A stretch of 64,000 nucleotides of DNA from Saprospiraceae bacterium (GCA_015490715.1 WFXH01000106.1:2177-66176); one strand, 5' to 3'; shown: positions 30,455 to 42,502, counted from the first letter of the stretch. The notes: a model not told the origin generated them from the sequence alone. Program-made: numbers and translations.

Positions 30455-31030
30455 ATGGCACTACATCGACTTGGAGTACTGTTTGTGGTTTTGCTCTGTG
30501 TAAGGGCCAGCGGTGCTGCGCAGAGCGGGATTAATTTAAAATTTGGTTTGAGCTATCTCGAGACTCAGGCGTTGGATCAGAAGAGTGGAGCGGGTACGTA
30601 TTACGGTTGGCATGTGGCTGTGGCGGGACGTTTAGGCAAGTATCGCTTTTTTGTCAATCCCGTGGTGCGGTATACGAGTTATGATCTCAGTGCGAAGGCC
30701 GATATTTCGAAGTTGTGGAAGGGCACGAACAAGCTGCAATACCTCAGTGTCGCTACGCTTGGGGGATGGAGATTGATACGGTCGCGACCCTTTACCCTGC
30801 GACTGCATGGAGGGGTGGATCTGGATTTTTTAATGGATGTGACGGACAACAAGTACGGACTGACGGCGGAGGATTTTGAGGATTTGCATTTTCAGGGTGT
30901 GGGGGTAGTGGGTTTTGATGTGTATTGGTTGACGATAGACCTGAAGTTTTCGCAGGGGTTGAGTCCTCGACGCAAGGGGGTGCGTGATGATTCTACTGCC
31001 CTGGAGCTGTCAATGGGGTTTTTCTTTTAG
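30455..31030 (+). CDS. Small outer-membrane beta-barrel protein
   Basis: Signal peptide, amphipathic strands, C-terminal LSMGFFF beta-signal. Confidence 0.7.
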   Translation: MALHRLGVLFVVLLCVRASGAAQSGINLKFGLSYLETQALDQKSGAGTYYGWHVAVAGRLGKYRFFVNPVVRYTSYDLSAKADISKLWKGTNKLQYLSVATLGGWRLIRSRPFTLRLHGGVDLDFLMDVTDNKYGLTAEDFEDLHFQGVGVVGFDVYWLTIDLKFSQGLSPRRKGVRDDSTALELSMGFFF

Positions 31031-31357
31031 TAGTTCGACAGAGGGGTTCCAGCAGATTTGTTCGAAATCGATGACGCGGTGGTTGCGTATGCGTACGCCT
31101 TCGCTTTCCAGTAGGGATTGCATGAGCGTGGGGGTGGCAAAGGCGTGTCGTCCCGTCAGTTCTCCTCTGGCGTTGACGACGCGGTGGGCGGGGATGTCGG
31201 AGGGATTGGCGTTTTTGAGGAGGTTGAGGGCTTTGCCGACCATTCGAGCGGAGGGTATGCCGAGGTATTGGGCGATCAATCCATAGGTCGTCACTCTGCC
31301 TTTAGGGATGAGGCGCACGATTTCATACACTGCTTCGTACCAGTAGAACGATTTCAT
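31010..31357 (-). CDS. Alkyltransferase-like protein (MGMT family, ATL type)
   Basis: VRLIPKGRVTTYGLIA, ARMVG, PAHRVVN (Ala in place of the catalytic Cys), LLESEGV. Confidence 0.9.
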   Translation of the reverse strand: MKSFYWYEAVYEIVRLIPKGRVTTYGLIAQYLGIPSARMVGKALNLLKNANPSDIPAHRVVNARGELTGRHAFATPTLMQSLLESEGVRIRNHRVIDFEQICWNPSVELLKEKPH

Positions 31358-31746
31358 ACAGGAGAAGGACCTTTAGGTAGTCTTTTTTTCCTGTTGGCGA
31401 AGAGGTATGCGAGAAAGCTAAAGGGTTTTCGGTTTTGGAGATAGTGAGGGTCGTCTTGGTGGGCGTAGGCTTCGCGTTCGAAGCAGATGTGGCGGTAGGC
31501 CGTGTGGAAGTTGCGGTGGTAAGTGAGGCGCAGGAGGAATTCGAGTACGTACCAGAGGAAGAAGGGGAGGAATAGGAGTTCGAGTTGTTGGCGGAAATGG
31601 ATGCGTTCGTGGTTGACGAAGGAGGGATTGGCGAGGAGGGAGCGGTCTTTGAGGAGGACGACAGGGCCGAGGGTGATGGCGGAGACGAAGGCGAAGCTAA
31701 GGGGCTGCAGCCAGCGGGGCCAGGTGAGGAAAAGGGGCACGCGCAT
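31354..31746 (-). CDS. Conserved Bacteroidota membrane protein with HExxH motif
   Basis: AITLGP, NHERIH..QQLEL, one TM segment, AYRHICFEREAY. Confidence 0.7.
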   Translation of the reverse strand: MRVPLFLTWPRWLQPLSFAFVSAITLGPVVLLKDRSLLANPSFVNHERIHFRQQLELLFLPFFLWYVLEFLLRLTYHRNFHTAYRHICFEREAYAHQDDPHYLQNRKPFSFLAYLFANRKKRLPKGPSPV

Positions 31747-31751
31747 GGTGC

Positions 31752-34700
31752 TCAGTTTTCCTGTTTGAGGTTGAGGTTGAGTTGGGCACTGACGATGGGC
31801 ATGTATTTCTGGTAGACGGGCGAATCTTCGCCGAGGTACTGGAGGATGTTGAACACTTCGAACAGCGCTCTGGTGGTGAATTGCACATCCATTTCGAAGG
31901 ATTGGAGGTCTTCGTCGTCGAGGGATTGGTAGAATTCGAGGTCTTGGATGAGGTTGTCGATGAGGTCGGGCAGGTAGGTTTCGATGGTTTGGCGGTCGCC
32001 TGCTCTCATAAGTTCGTTAAAGAAGCTGACGGTTTGGTAGTCGAAGGGGAAATTCATGTTGGGGAATGCCTCGAATTGTTTTTGGATGAGTTTGATGGCT
32101 TTGTCCTTTTTGCCTTCGTCGATGAGCTCCATGGCGACGCGGAGCATGACGTATTTCATGGCTTGTACGGAGGGCGCATAGCTTGGATTGACGTAGGTGT
32201 CGTATTTATCGAAGTTGCCCCATCGGAATTTATTCATGATGCGTTTGTAGACCAGGTCGGTATCGACGTGTCCGAGGCCGAAGACGCTCAGATCGCGACG
32301 TGGTTGGTCGGTTTTGACGGCTGTGATGCGGAAGGCCAGTCCTTCGAGGCGCAGGTAGGGTTGGAGGCCGAGCATTTGTCGTTCGCGGACGGTGATGGCG
32401 AAGTAGATGGGTCGGTCCCAGATATTGGAGCCAATGATGTCCATGACGGCGATTTCGTCTTTACGCAGGTAGGGGATGTTGCCGAGGTTGAGCCAGATTT
32501 TGTCGGCGATGCTGTCGGTGGGTCGAGCCATGCCGAGTTCGATTGCACGTTTTTTGTTGACGGGGATGTAGATTTTGCGGGTGGGGAGGAAAGTTTCGAC
32601 TTGATCGCCGTAACGTGTAGAGACGGGATTTCTTTGGGCCAGATGTCTCAGGACGCGGTCGATGGGCCAGGGTTTTTCATTTTTGATGAGGCCTTCGGGG
32701 AAGGGGACCATATTGCGTTTTTCGCCGACGTATGCCTCGGCGGGGATGGTTAATTTGATTGGGGGCGATTCGTTGACTTTGCGGCGCATGGAGTTGATAT
32801 ACCAGTCGACGGCGATGAGGCTGAGGTTGATGACGCGCACATCGCGTCGGATTCCTTCTACTTCTTGGGCGTACCAGAGGGGATAGGTGTCGTTGTCGCC
32901 GTAGGTGAAGAGGATGGCGTTGGGTGAGAGGGATTCGAGGAAGTTAATGGCGTAGTCTCTTGCGGCGTAGTGGCCGCGTCGGGAGTGGTCGTCGAAGTTT
33001 TCGACTCCCATGATGGTCGGAGCGGAGAGTGCGAGGAGCGTACTGACGAGGGCGACGGTATGGGGTTGTTGGACGTATTTTTTGAGGAAGGCATAGAGTG
33101 CGGCAGCGCCAATGCCCACCCACATGGCAAAGGTGAAGAACGAGCCGGCTAAGACGTAGTCGCGTTCGCGGGGCTCATTTGGTGGTTGGTTGGAATAGAT
33201 GATAATGCCAATGCCGGTAATGATAAAGAGAGCGAGGATGGCGTAGAATTCCTTTGGGCTCTTGCGGTACTGGAACCACATGCCCAGCAGGCCGAGCAGG
33301 AGGGGTATGAAATAGTAGGTGTTGCGGGAGGGGTCGTTTTTCATGCGGTCGGGGAGCTTATCCATGTTGTAGAGGTGCCATTCGTCAATGGGTTTGATGC
33401 CACTGAGGTAATGGCCATTTTTGAGGTCCCACGGATAGAAGCCCTGCTTGCCGTTTTGTCGCCCGACGAAGTTCCACATGAAATAGCGCCAGTACATCCA
33501 ACCGAGCTGATAGCGGAGGAAGAAGCTGAGGTTGAAGGCCATGGTGGGCTTTTTGTTTTCGGAGGTGTTCCACATGCGGTAGATTTTGGGTCGATTTTGG
33601 TCGGTGTGGGAGATGCGCGGGAAGAGCATTTTATCTTTATCGCTGTATTCGTAGCTGAGTTTGTGATCGACGACTTCGTAGTGGTCCCCTACTCTTCCGT
33701 AGCGCGGTTCGCTCTTGATTCCGATGGGTTTGGCTTCGTAGTGTGGACCCCACAGGAGCGGTCGTTCGCCGTACTGTTCGCGGTTGAGGTAGGACAGTAG
33801 GCGCATGGGTCCGTACGGTTCGCTCATGTTGATGGGGGGATTGGCGTTGGCTCGGAGCACGACCATTCCATAACTGGTGTAGGCCAATATCATCAGGGTG
33901 GCGGCCATCATGGCAATTTGCAGCAGGTGGCTCTTTTTGCGGTGAGCCAAGCGGAATCCCCAGAGCAAGAGGCCGCCGATCACTATTATGACGAAGACGA
34001 TTCCACTGTTGAAGGGCAAGCCGAGGGTGTTGACCGCAAAGAGGTCGAATTTAGACCACAGCCAGGGTATTCCAGCGATAAGGAATTTTTGTATAAAAAT
34101 AATGCCCGCCGTGCCGAGGAGGCCCGCAAGCGCATATCCGACGAAGCTGTGCTTTTCAAAGCGCTTGAAATAGTACAGGATGCTGATGAGAGGTAAGGTG
34201 AGCAAGCTCAACAGGTGCACGCCAATGCTCAGGCCGATGAGGAAGAATGCGAGGACGAGGTATCGATCGTGTTCTCTGTCGTCGGGAAGGTCGTACCACT
34301 TGACGGCTGCCCAGACGGTGGCCGCGGTAAAGAAGCTCGAAAGTGCATAGACTTCTCCTTCGACGGCGGAAAACCAGATGGAAGTGGCAAAAGCCGAAGT
34401 CAGTCCAGCGACAAGCCCTGCACCTGCACTGATGAGGCTATCGGCCAGGGTGGGTTCTTTGATACGCCCGACCAGTGCGATTTTCGTCAAAATGACCGTC
34501 GTCAGAGCGACAAACATCGCCATAAAGGCGGTAGCCGTGGCCGACATGAGATTGACGGCTACCGCGATGTGGGAGGGATTGTCCGAAAGGAGATCCCCAA
34601 GCCAGGCGAAGATGCGACCTATCATGAGAAAAAGCGGTGCACCTGGCGGATGCACCACTTCGAGTTTGTATGCCGCTGAGATAAACTCTCCGCAATCCCA

Positions 34701-34802
34701 TAGGCTTACCGTGCTCTCTACCGAAAAGTAGTACACAATGGCGGCGATGGCAAAGGTGAGCCATCCGGCTATATTTTTCAATGTCTTATAACTCAACTGC
34801 AT
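31752..34802 (-). CDS. DUF2723 multi-TM GT-C-type glycosyltransferase (TMEM260-like)
   Basis: SLWDCGEFI..AYKLEVVHPPGAPLF, WFSAVEGEVY, YLNREQYG, QPPNEPRERDY, FTYGDNDTYPLWY. Confidence 0.9.
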   Translation of the reverse strand: MQLSYKTLKNIAGWLTFAIAAIVYYFSVESTVSLWDCGEFISAAYKLEVVHPPGAPLFLMIGRIFAWLGDLLSDNPSHIAVAVNLMSATATAFMAMFVALTTVILTKIALVGRIKEPTLADSLISAGAGLVAGLTSAFATSIWFSAVEGEVYALSSFFTAATVWAAVKWYDLPDDREHDRYLVLAFFLIGLSIGVHLLSLLTLPLISILYYFKRFEKHSFVGYALAGLLGTAGIIFIQKFLIAGIPWLWSKFDLFAVNTLGLPFNSGIVFVIIVIGGLLLWGFRLAHRKKSHLLQIAMMAATLMILAYTSYGMVVLRANANPPINMSEPYGPMRLLSYLNREQYGERPLLWGPHYEAKPIGIKSEPRYGRVGDHYEVVDHKLSYEYSDKDKMLFPRISHTDQNRPKIYRMWNTSENKKPTMAFNLSFFLRYQLGWMYWRYFMWNFVGRQNGKQGFYPWDLKNGHYLSGIKPIDEWHLYNMDKLPDRMKNDPSRNTYYFIPLLLGLLGMWFQYRKSPKEFYAILALFIITGIGIIIYSNQPPNEPRERDYVLAGSFFTFAMWVGIGAAALYAFLKKYVQQPHTVALVSTLLALSAPTIMGVENFDDHSRRGHYAARDYAINFLESLSPNAILFTYGDNDTYPLWYAQEVEGIRRDVRVINLSLIAVDWYINSMRRKVNESPPIKLTIPAEAYVGEKRNMVPFPEGLIKNEKPWPIDRVLRHLAQRNPVSTRYGDQVETFLPTRKIYIPVNKKRAIELGMARPTDSIADKIWLNLGNIPYLRKDEIAVMDIIGSNIWDRPIYFAITVRERQMLGLQPYLRLEGLAFRITAVKTDQPRRDLSVFGLGHVDTDLVYKRIMNKFRWGNFDKYDTYVNPSYAPSVQAMKYVMLRVAMELIDEGKKDKAIKLIQKQFEAFPNMNFPFDYQTVSFFNELMRAGDRQTIETYLPDLIDNLIQDLEFYQSLDDEDLQSFEMDVQFTTRALFEVFNILQYLGEDSPVYQKYMPIVSAQLNLNLKQEN

Positions 34803-34993
34803 ACGGTCACTCTTTTGTTTGGCTTGGTTTGTAACGCTAGCGATTTCAACAAATTATGAATATGTCGCACCGATTTTCCTCTTGTAAATGTCTGTGCTGT
34901 ACAAATGTTCGAACAAAAGTAGAAGATTTATGCTAATTACGCTGTGATGCGTGCCCTCAAGGTATGTTGTTCATGGGTATCTTTGCGCCTGTT

Positions 34994-35497
34994 ATGGATT
35001 TTTTCCGATACTTGCTCATCCTGGGTCTGGCTGTCGGTATGGGCGTATTGCTCTTGGGTGTCGTGCCTCAGCGCATTGATGAAGAGATGACTTTTTTGCA
35101 GTCTTGTGACCGCGTGCGGGCATGGGTGGAGGATCCTGAGCGATGGTCGAGGTGGTGGGAGGATCTCGAAGGGGTGCATCGCAGCGAAGACGGTCGATAT
35201 GAGGCTACCATAGCGGGGTCAGGTCAAGTAGTGCGCATCGAAAAAGTTGAAAGTAGGGATAAAATCGTGCGCTATACGGTGGAGCGGGAGAATGAGCGGA
35301 TCACGTATTTTTGGCGCTTTGGCGAAGAGGGCAATCACTGTGTTGTCGAGGTATTGATGGAGATAAGGTCGAATACGCTACGGGGACAATTGGCTCTGGC
35401 ATGGAATCGCAAGGAGCGGAAGGAGCATCTCGAGGAGCAACTCACTACATTACAGCGCGTGTTGTACGAGCAGCCCGTGCTTCCTCAAAAAAAGTAG
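34994..35497 (+). CDS. SRPBCC/START-like protein with N-terminal membrane anchor
   Basis: TM helix then V.AWVEDPERWSRWW. Start moved to 34994 because TATCTTTG lies at 34978-34985. Confidence 0.6.
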   Translation: MDFFRYLLILGLAVGMGVLLLGVVPQRIDEEMTFLQSCDRVRAWVEDPERWSRWWEDLEGVHRSEDGRYEATIAGSGQVVRIEKVESRDKIVRYTVERENERITYFWRFGEEGNHCVVEVLMEIRSNTLRGQLALAWNRKERKEHLEEQLTTLQRVLYEQPVLPQKK

Positions 35498-35606
35498 CCT
35501 TCAGACTGGGAATCCGAAGGCTATACGACCATTTGGCTTTACTGGGCGAAACCAAACAGTGCAGCGTCTACACTTATATAGACTACCGAAATGGGAAAAA
35601 CGCTGC
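35487..35606 (-). ncRNA. Candidate structured RNA: three hairpins, the last being an intrinsic terminator
   Basis: Stems 35561-35567/35600-35606, 35532-35539/35549-35556, 35495-35505/35513-35523, then U7. Each stem gains a G-U pair only when read on the minus strand. Confidence 0.5.
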
Positions 35607-35625
35607 CTGAGGGGTGCAATTTTTT

Positions 35626-37365
35626 TTAAAATTTTTCGGGTGAGCTGTATTGAATACGTCCGTCGACGATGGTGTAGAGCACTTTCGTGTTAGGAATGCT
35701 GTCGACGGGGCAGGTAAGGAGATTTTGGGACAGGATGACGAGGTTGGCCCTGAAGTGGGGTTGTATTTTGCCGATGTTGTTTTCTTTAAGGGCTCGGGCG
35801 TTGCCAGCGGTATAGAGGTGTAAGATTTCATACCGCTGCATGGCTTGTTCGGGGAAGAAGGTAGTGCCGTCGTCTCTGCGTCGGCGTGTCACTGCTGCGT
35901 AGATGTTTTCGAAGGGGTTGATCTCTTCGACGGGCACGTCGGTACCGATAGCGAGTTGGGCACCTGCATCGAGAAGGGAGCGCCAGGGATAGGAGTACAG
36001 GCGAGCGCGACGTGGGCCGAGGCGCTTAACGACAAAAGGGGCGTCGGAGGTACAGTGAATGGGCTGTACCGAGGCGATGACGCCCAGTTGGGCAAATCGA
36101 GGGATGTCTTCGGGGAGGATATGTTGGGCGTGTTCGATGCGCCAGTAGTGGTGTTTGGGCAGGAGGCACTGCGCTTGCCACGCTTCGATGAGGTTGAGCA
36201 TCACGTGGTTGGCGCGATCACCAATGGCGTGAACGCACAATTGGAGTTGGTACTGTGCACAGAGCTCGGCGAGTTTTTGTATGCTGTCCGGAGGTGTGGT
36301 CACCTGACCGGTATCGGTTGGGCGGTCGGCATAAGGTTCGGTCAGCCATGCGCCATACGAGCCGAGTGCACCGTCGAGGAAAGCCTTTACGCCCTTGACC
36401 TTTAGATTGGGCGTACCCTGTCGGTGGAGATGCTCTTGGAGAGCACGTTGAATCTGTGCAGGCGTGCCGTAGAGCATTACAAATACGGGTATGACAAAAC
36501 TTTCAGGCACTTGCAGCCACTGGCGGTATTCGTTGGGCGTAGTGGCCGCATCGTAAAAGGCGGTGATGCCGTTTCTAATGCAGTGGGCCATGGCGCGACC
36601 GATAGTGGATGCGATGTACGCTTTGCTCTGGGTTTGAGAGCGGCGATGATGTTCGAACGTGTCGAGGATGAGACGCATGGCATTTTCTTCGAAGATGCCG
36701 GTAGGGGCTCCGTTTTCATCGCGCACGATTTTACCCCCTTCGGGATCGGGGGTTAGGGTGTCGACACCTGCCAATTCCATAGCTTTTTGGTTGGCGAGGA
36801 GGGCGTGGCCGCTTGCGTGGATGAGTACCACGGGATGATGTGGTGTGCGGGCACTGAGCAGATGATGAGTGGGGTATCCGTGGATATTGGGGGAGGGTGG
36901 GCTATCCCATTTTTCCTGGTGCCAACCTCGTCCGTAGATCCATTCGCCCGAAGGAGTCTGTGCAGCGCGCTTGGATACGCTGTCGATTATTGCTGCCCAG
37001 CTGTGAGCGCGTTGCAGTTGGAGTTGTGCGAGGCTCTGGCCGAGGCTGAAGAGATGACCATGCCCTTCGATCAGTCCAGGCATGACAAAGGCCCCCTCTG
37101 CGTCGATGATGCGTGTCGAGGGGGTGCCAAACGAGTCGAGGATCGTCGAATCGGTCCCTACACCGATGATCCAGCCATTGTCTATCGCGATGGCTCCTCG
37201 AAGTGTTTGGGGGCTCGTTCCGTCAAAAATCTCTGCATTGACTATGATGAGCATGGCTGGTTTTGCCGTCGATGAGCTTGATGAGGGGCTGTAGCAGCTA
37301 GTCCAAATTGCGAAGAGTACTATGGAGCAAAAAGTGACGACGAAAATATACCGAAAAGCGCGCAC
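35626..37365 (-). CDS. YtcJ-like amidohydrolase (Amidohydro_3), probable lipoprotein
   Basis: PGLIEGHGH, GRGWHQEKW, SGHALLAN, KAFLDGALGS, HAIGDRAN, RIEHAQ, GTDVPVE. Likely GTG start at 37365 before a lipobox WTSC. Confidence 0.9.
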   Translation of the reverse strand: MRAFRYIFVVTFCSIVLFAIWTSCYSPSSSSSTAKPAMLIIVNAEIFDGTSPQTLRGAIAIDNGWIIGVGTDSTILDSFGTPSTRIIDAEGAFVMPGLIEGHGHLFSLGQSLAQLQLQRAHSWAAIIDSVSKRAAQTPSGEWIYGRGWHQEKWDSPPSPNIHGYPTHHLLSARTPHHPVVLIHASGHALLANQKAMELAGVDTLTPDPEGGKIVRDENGAPTGIFEENAMRLILDTFEHHRRSQTQSKAYIASTIGRAMAHCIRNGITAFYDAATTPNEYRQWLQVPESFVIPVFVMLYGTPAQIQRALQEHLHRQGTPNLKVKGVKAFLDGALGSYGAWLTEPYADRPTDTGQVTTPPDSIQKLAELCAQYQLQLCVHAIGDRANHVMLNLIEAWQAQCLLPKHHYWRIEHAQHILPEDIPRFAQLGVIASVQPIHCTSDAPFVVKRLGPRRARLYSYPWRSLLDAGAQLAIGTDVPVEEINPFENIYAAVTRRRRDDGTTFFPEQAMQRYEILHLYTAGNARALKENNIGKIQPHFRANLVILSQNLLTCPVDSIPNTKVLYTIVDGRIQYSSPEKF

Positions 37366-37428
37366 GGTCGTTTGATTTCTAAAAATTGAATAAAACAACG
37401 ATTGGATTATAGGACAAACATACGAATT

Positions 37429-37773
37429 ATGAAGCGATACATTGTGTTTCCTATGCTGGGGATGGTGCTTATAGTGACGCTGGGGAGTTGCAAGAAGGAG
37501 AAGGTTGCTGCCTGTGACGAAGAGGTGACGTATGAATCCCACGTGCGGGCTATTATACAGCAGAATTGTACTGTGACTGGCTGCCATGACGGGTCGAATG
37601 GGATGCGCAAGCCGTTGCGCACATACGATGAGGTGATGGCTGTCATTGACTGGGTGGAGCGACGCGCGGTCATCGAAAAGTCGATGCCGCCGGCGGCAAG
37701 TGGTGGGCCGTTGTCGGAGGAAGAGATTCGCCTGTTGCGCTGTTGGTTGGAGCAGGGCACACCGGAGAAATGA
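37429..37773 (+). CDS. Small lipoprotein c-type cytochrome with CX4CH motif
   Basis: Lipobox LGSC, VTYESHVRAIIQQNCTVTGCH, distal MPP, LSEEEI..L..W..QG. Confidence 0.75.
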   Translation: MKRYIVFPMLGMVLIVTLGSCKKEKVAACDEEVTYESHVRAIIQQNCTVTGCHDGSNGMRKPLRTYDEVMAVIDWVERRAVIEKSMPPAASGGPLSEEEIRLLRCWLEQGTPEK

Positions 37774-37779
37774 GTTGAA

Positions 37780-40558
<2,779 letters not shown>

Positions 40559-40583
40559 CGGAATGATTTGACACGTCGCATCG

Positions 40584-40707
40584 CAAAGATAATCCTACGA
40601 CAGAGCACATAGATGCACCATTTTAAAAAATCCCTTTATGAGAGGACTGAAATGTATGAAAAGGTAGAGGGGGGATGTGAAAAAAAGGGTTAATAGCGTT
40701 ATATTTG
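40584..40707. promoter_or_regulatory. Divergent Bacteroidota promoters: TATCTTTG (minus, 40584-40591) and TATATTTG (plus, 40700-40707)
   Basis: Exact TAnnTTTG boxes 20-25 nt upstream of the OMT and clpS starts. Confidence 0.65.
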
Positions 40708-40727
40708 CAAGGTAAAACGGACGCATC

Positions 40728-41012
40728 ATGGCAGGGCATAGAGAACGCATTGAGGAAGTCGTCGATGTAATAGAGGATGTCGATCGGGTGCGCCATCTGG
40801 TATTGTACAACGATGATTACAACACATTTGACTGGGTGATACAGTGTTTGGTCGAGGTGTGTGGGCATTCGCTTCAGCAAGCGGAGCAGTTGACATATCT
40901 CGTTCATTTCAAGGGGAAGGCCACGGTCAAGTCGGGCGTCTTATCGGTGCTTAAGCCGATGAAGGAGGCCCTTGTCGAGCGCGGCCTTTCTGCGGTCATC
41001 CAATCGGATTAG
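40728..41012 (+). CDS. clpS: ATP-dependent Clp protease adaptor
   Basis: LVLYNDDYNTFDWVI..L, AEQ...VHFKGKA.V. Confidence 0.93.
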   Translation: MAGHRERIEEVVDVIEDVDRVRHLVLYNDDYNTFDWVIQCLVEVCGHSLQQAEQLTYLVHFKGKATVKSGVLSVLKPMKEALVERGLSAVIQSD

Positions 41013-41690
41013 ATGGTCCTTTTGCCATCGCGGGGCACCCTCTTTCCCCATCCCTTGGCGGTAGAGGGCGATATCGTGGGTGTGACAAAAACACTGAATG
41101 TCGAGAGGCTTCAATCGGCCTACTTACACGGTATTTTTCCGTGGTACAATGAAGGGGAGCCGGTGCTTTGGTGGTTTCCCAAACCGAGAGCGGTGCTCTT
41201 TCCCTCCAAACTCCGCGTCCACAAGAGCATGCGCAATGTACTCAACCGTCGGCCGTGGAGGGTGAGTTGGGACAGGGCCTTTACGGAAGTCATACGACAT
41301 TGTGCAGAGGTGCCTCGCAAGGGCCAGCGGGGTACGTGGATCACGGAGGAAATGCAGGAGCGGTATATCCAGCTGCACCACCTGGGTTGGACCCATAGTG
41401 TAGAGGTATGGGAAGGCGATACGCTCGTAGGGGGATTATACGGGGTGTTGGTCGGTCGGGTGTTTTTTGGAGAGTCGATGTTTAGCTTGCGGTCGAATGC
41501 CTCGAAATACGCTCTCATCCACATGGTGAGGCAGTTGGAGCGTCGTGGTCTTCTACTCATTGATGTACAGCAAGATACGGCGCACCTGCGCAGCTTAGGG
41601 GCGGAGGCGATTTCTGCTGAGCGGTTTCACCATTTTATGCGCCAAAATCGACGCTATTGGCTGAGGTATGGGTCAATACCGTTTGGGTAA
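41013..41690 (+). CDS. aat: Leucyl/phenylalanyl-tRNA--protein transferase
   Basis: AYLHGIFPW, WWFPKPRAVL, TWIT, HSVEVW, LVGGLYG, FFGESMFS..NASK. Confidence 0.95.
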   Translation: MVLLPSRGTLFPHPLAVEGDIVGVTKTLNVERLQSAYLHGIFPWYNEGEPVLWWFPKPRAVLFPSKLRVHKSMRNVLNRRPWRVSWDRAFTEVIRHCAEVPRKGQRGTWITEEMQERYIQLHHLGWTHSVEVWEGDTLVGGLYGVLVGRVFFGESMFSLRSNASKYALIHMVRQLERRGLLLIDVQQDTAHLRSLGAEAISAERFHHFMRQNRRYWLRYGSIPFG

Positions 41691-42362
41691 TTATTGTTCG
41701 AAGGCGAATTGCACGATGTTGGCGCCCATTTTGAGGGCCTGTTGGCGCTTGTATTCGGGGTCGTTGTGCACTTCGGGGTCTTCCCAGCCATCGCCGAGAT
41801 CGGTTTCATACGAATAAAAACACACCAAGCGTCCCTGGTAGATAAGGCCAAACCCCTGGGGAGGTTTGCCATCGTGTTCGTGGATCTTAGGAAGGCCGTT
41901 TTTAAATTCGAAGGCCTTGTGGTAGATGGGATGGTCGAAGGGGAGCTCGACGAAATCAAGTTCGGGGAAGACCTTTTTCATTGCAACGCGCACGTAGGGG
42001 TCCATGCCGTAGTTGTCGTCGATGTGGAGAAAGCCCCCTCCAATGAGGTACTGTCGTAAATTTTTTGCCTCCTGGTCGGAAAAGACGACGTTGCCGTGCC
42101 CCGTCATGTGGATAAAGGGGTAATTGAAGATTTCGGAGCTTCCGACATCGACGGTGGCGTAGTCGGGGTCGATGCGCGTGTGGAGATGGGTATTGCAAAA
42201 CTCCGAGAGGTTTTTTAGCGATGTGGGGTTGGCGTACCAGTCTCCTCCGCCTCGGTACTTTAGGAGGGCGAGCTTGATCGTGTAGAGGGGAGCTTGTGCG
42301 TGGAGCCCAAGTCCCATCACCAGGAAAACACTACCCAAGATGATTCGTGTTGCATACATCAT
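41691..42362 (-). CDS. DUF4159 domain secreted protein
   Basis: LKYRGGGDWYANPTSL, PFIHMTGHG, GGFLHIDDNYG, LPKIHEHD, DLGDGWED. Confidence 0.9.
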   Translation of the reverse strand: MMYATRIILGSVFLVMGLGLHAQAPLYTIKLALLKYRGGGDWYANPTSLKNLSEFCNTHLHTRIDPDYATVDVGSSEIFNYPFIHMTGHGNVVFSDQEAKNLRQYLIGGGFLHIDDNYGMDPYVRVAMKKVFPELDFVELPFDHPIYHKAFEFKNGLPKIHEHDGKPPQGFGLIYQGRLVCFYSYETDLGDGWEDPEVHNDPEYKRQQALKMGANIVQFAFEQ

Positions 42363-42502
42363 CGTGACGTGTTGGCAAATTGGGTGTCCATACAACGTCG
42401 GAAGGAGCTTGTAGGATATATTTGATCTATGAATTTTGATAAAAAAAGAGAAATCGTATCTTTGAAAACTTTTAACAGCGGTGTGATGAAAACGTATCGA
42501 CG

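Noticed and set aside
37366..37587. Apparent N-terminal extension of the amidohydrolase overlapping the cytochrome gene
   Set aside because: It overlaps a credible opposite-strand lipoprotein gene; the signal peptide begins near 37365.
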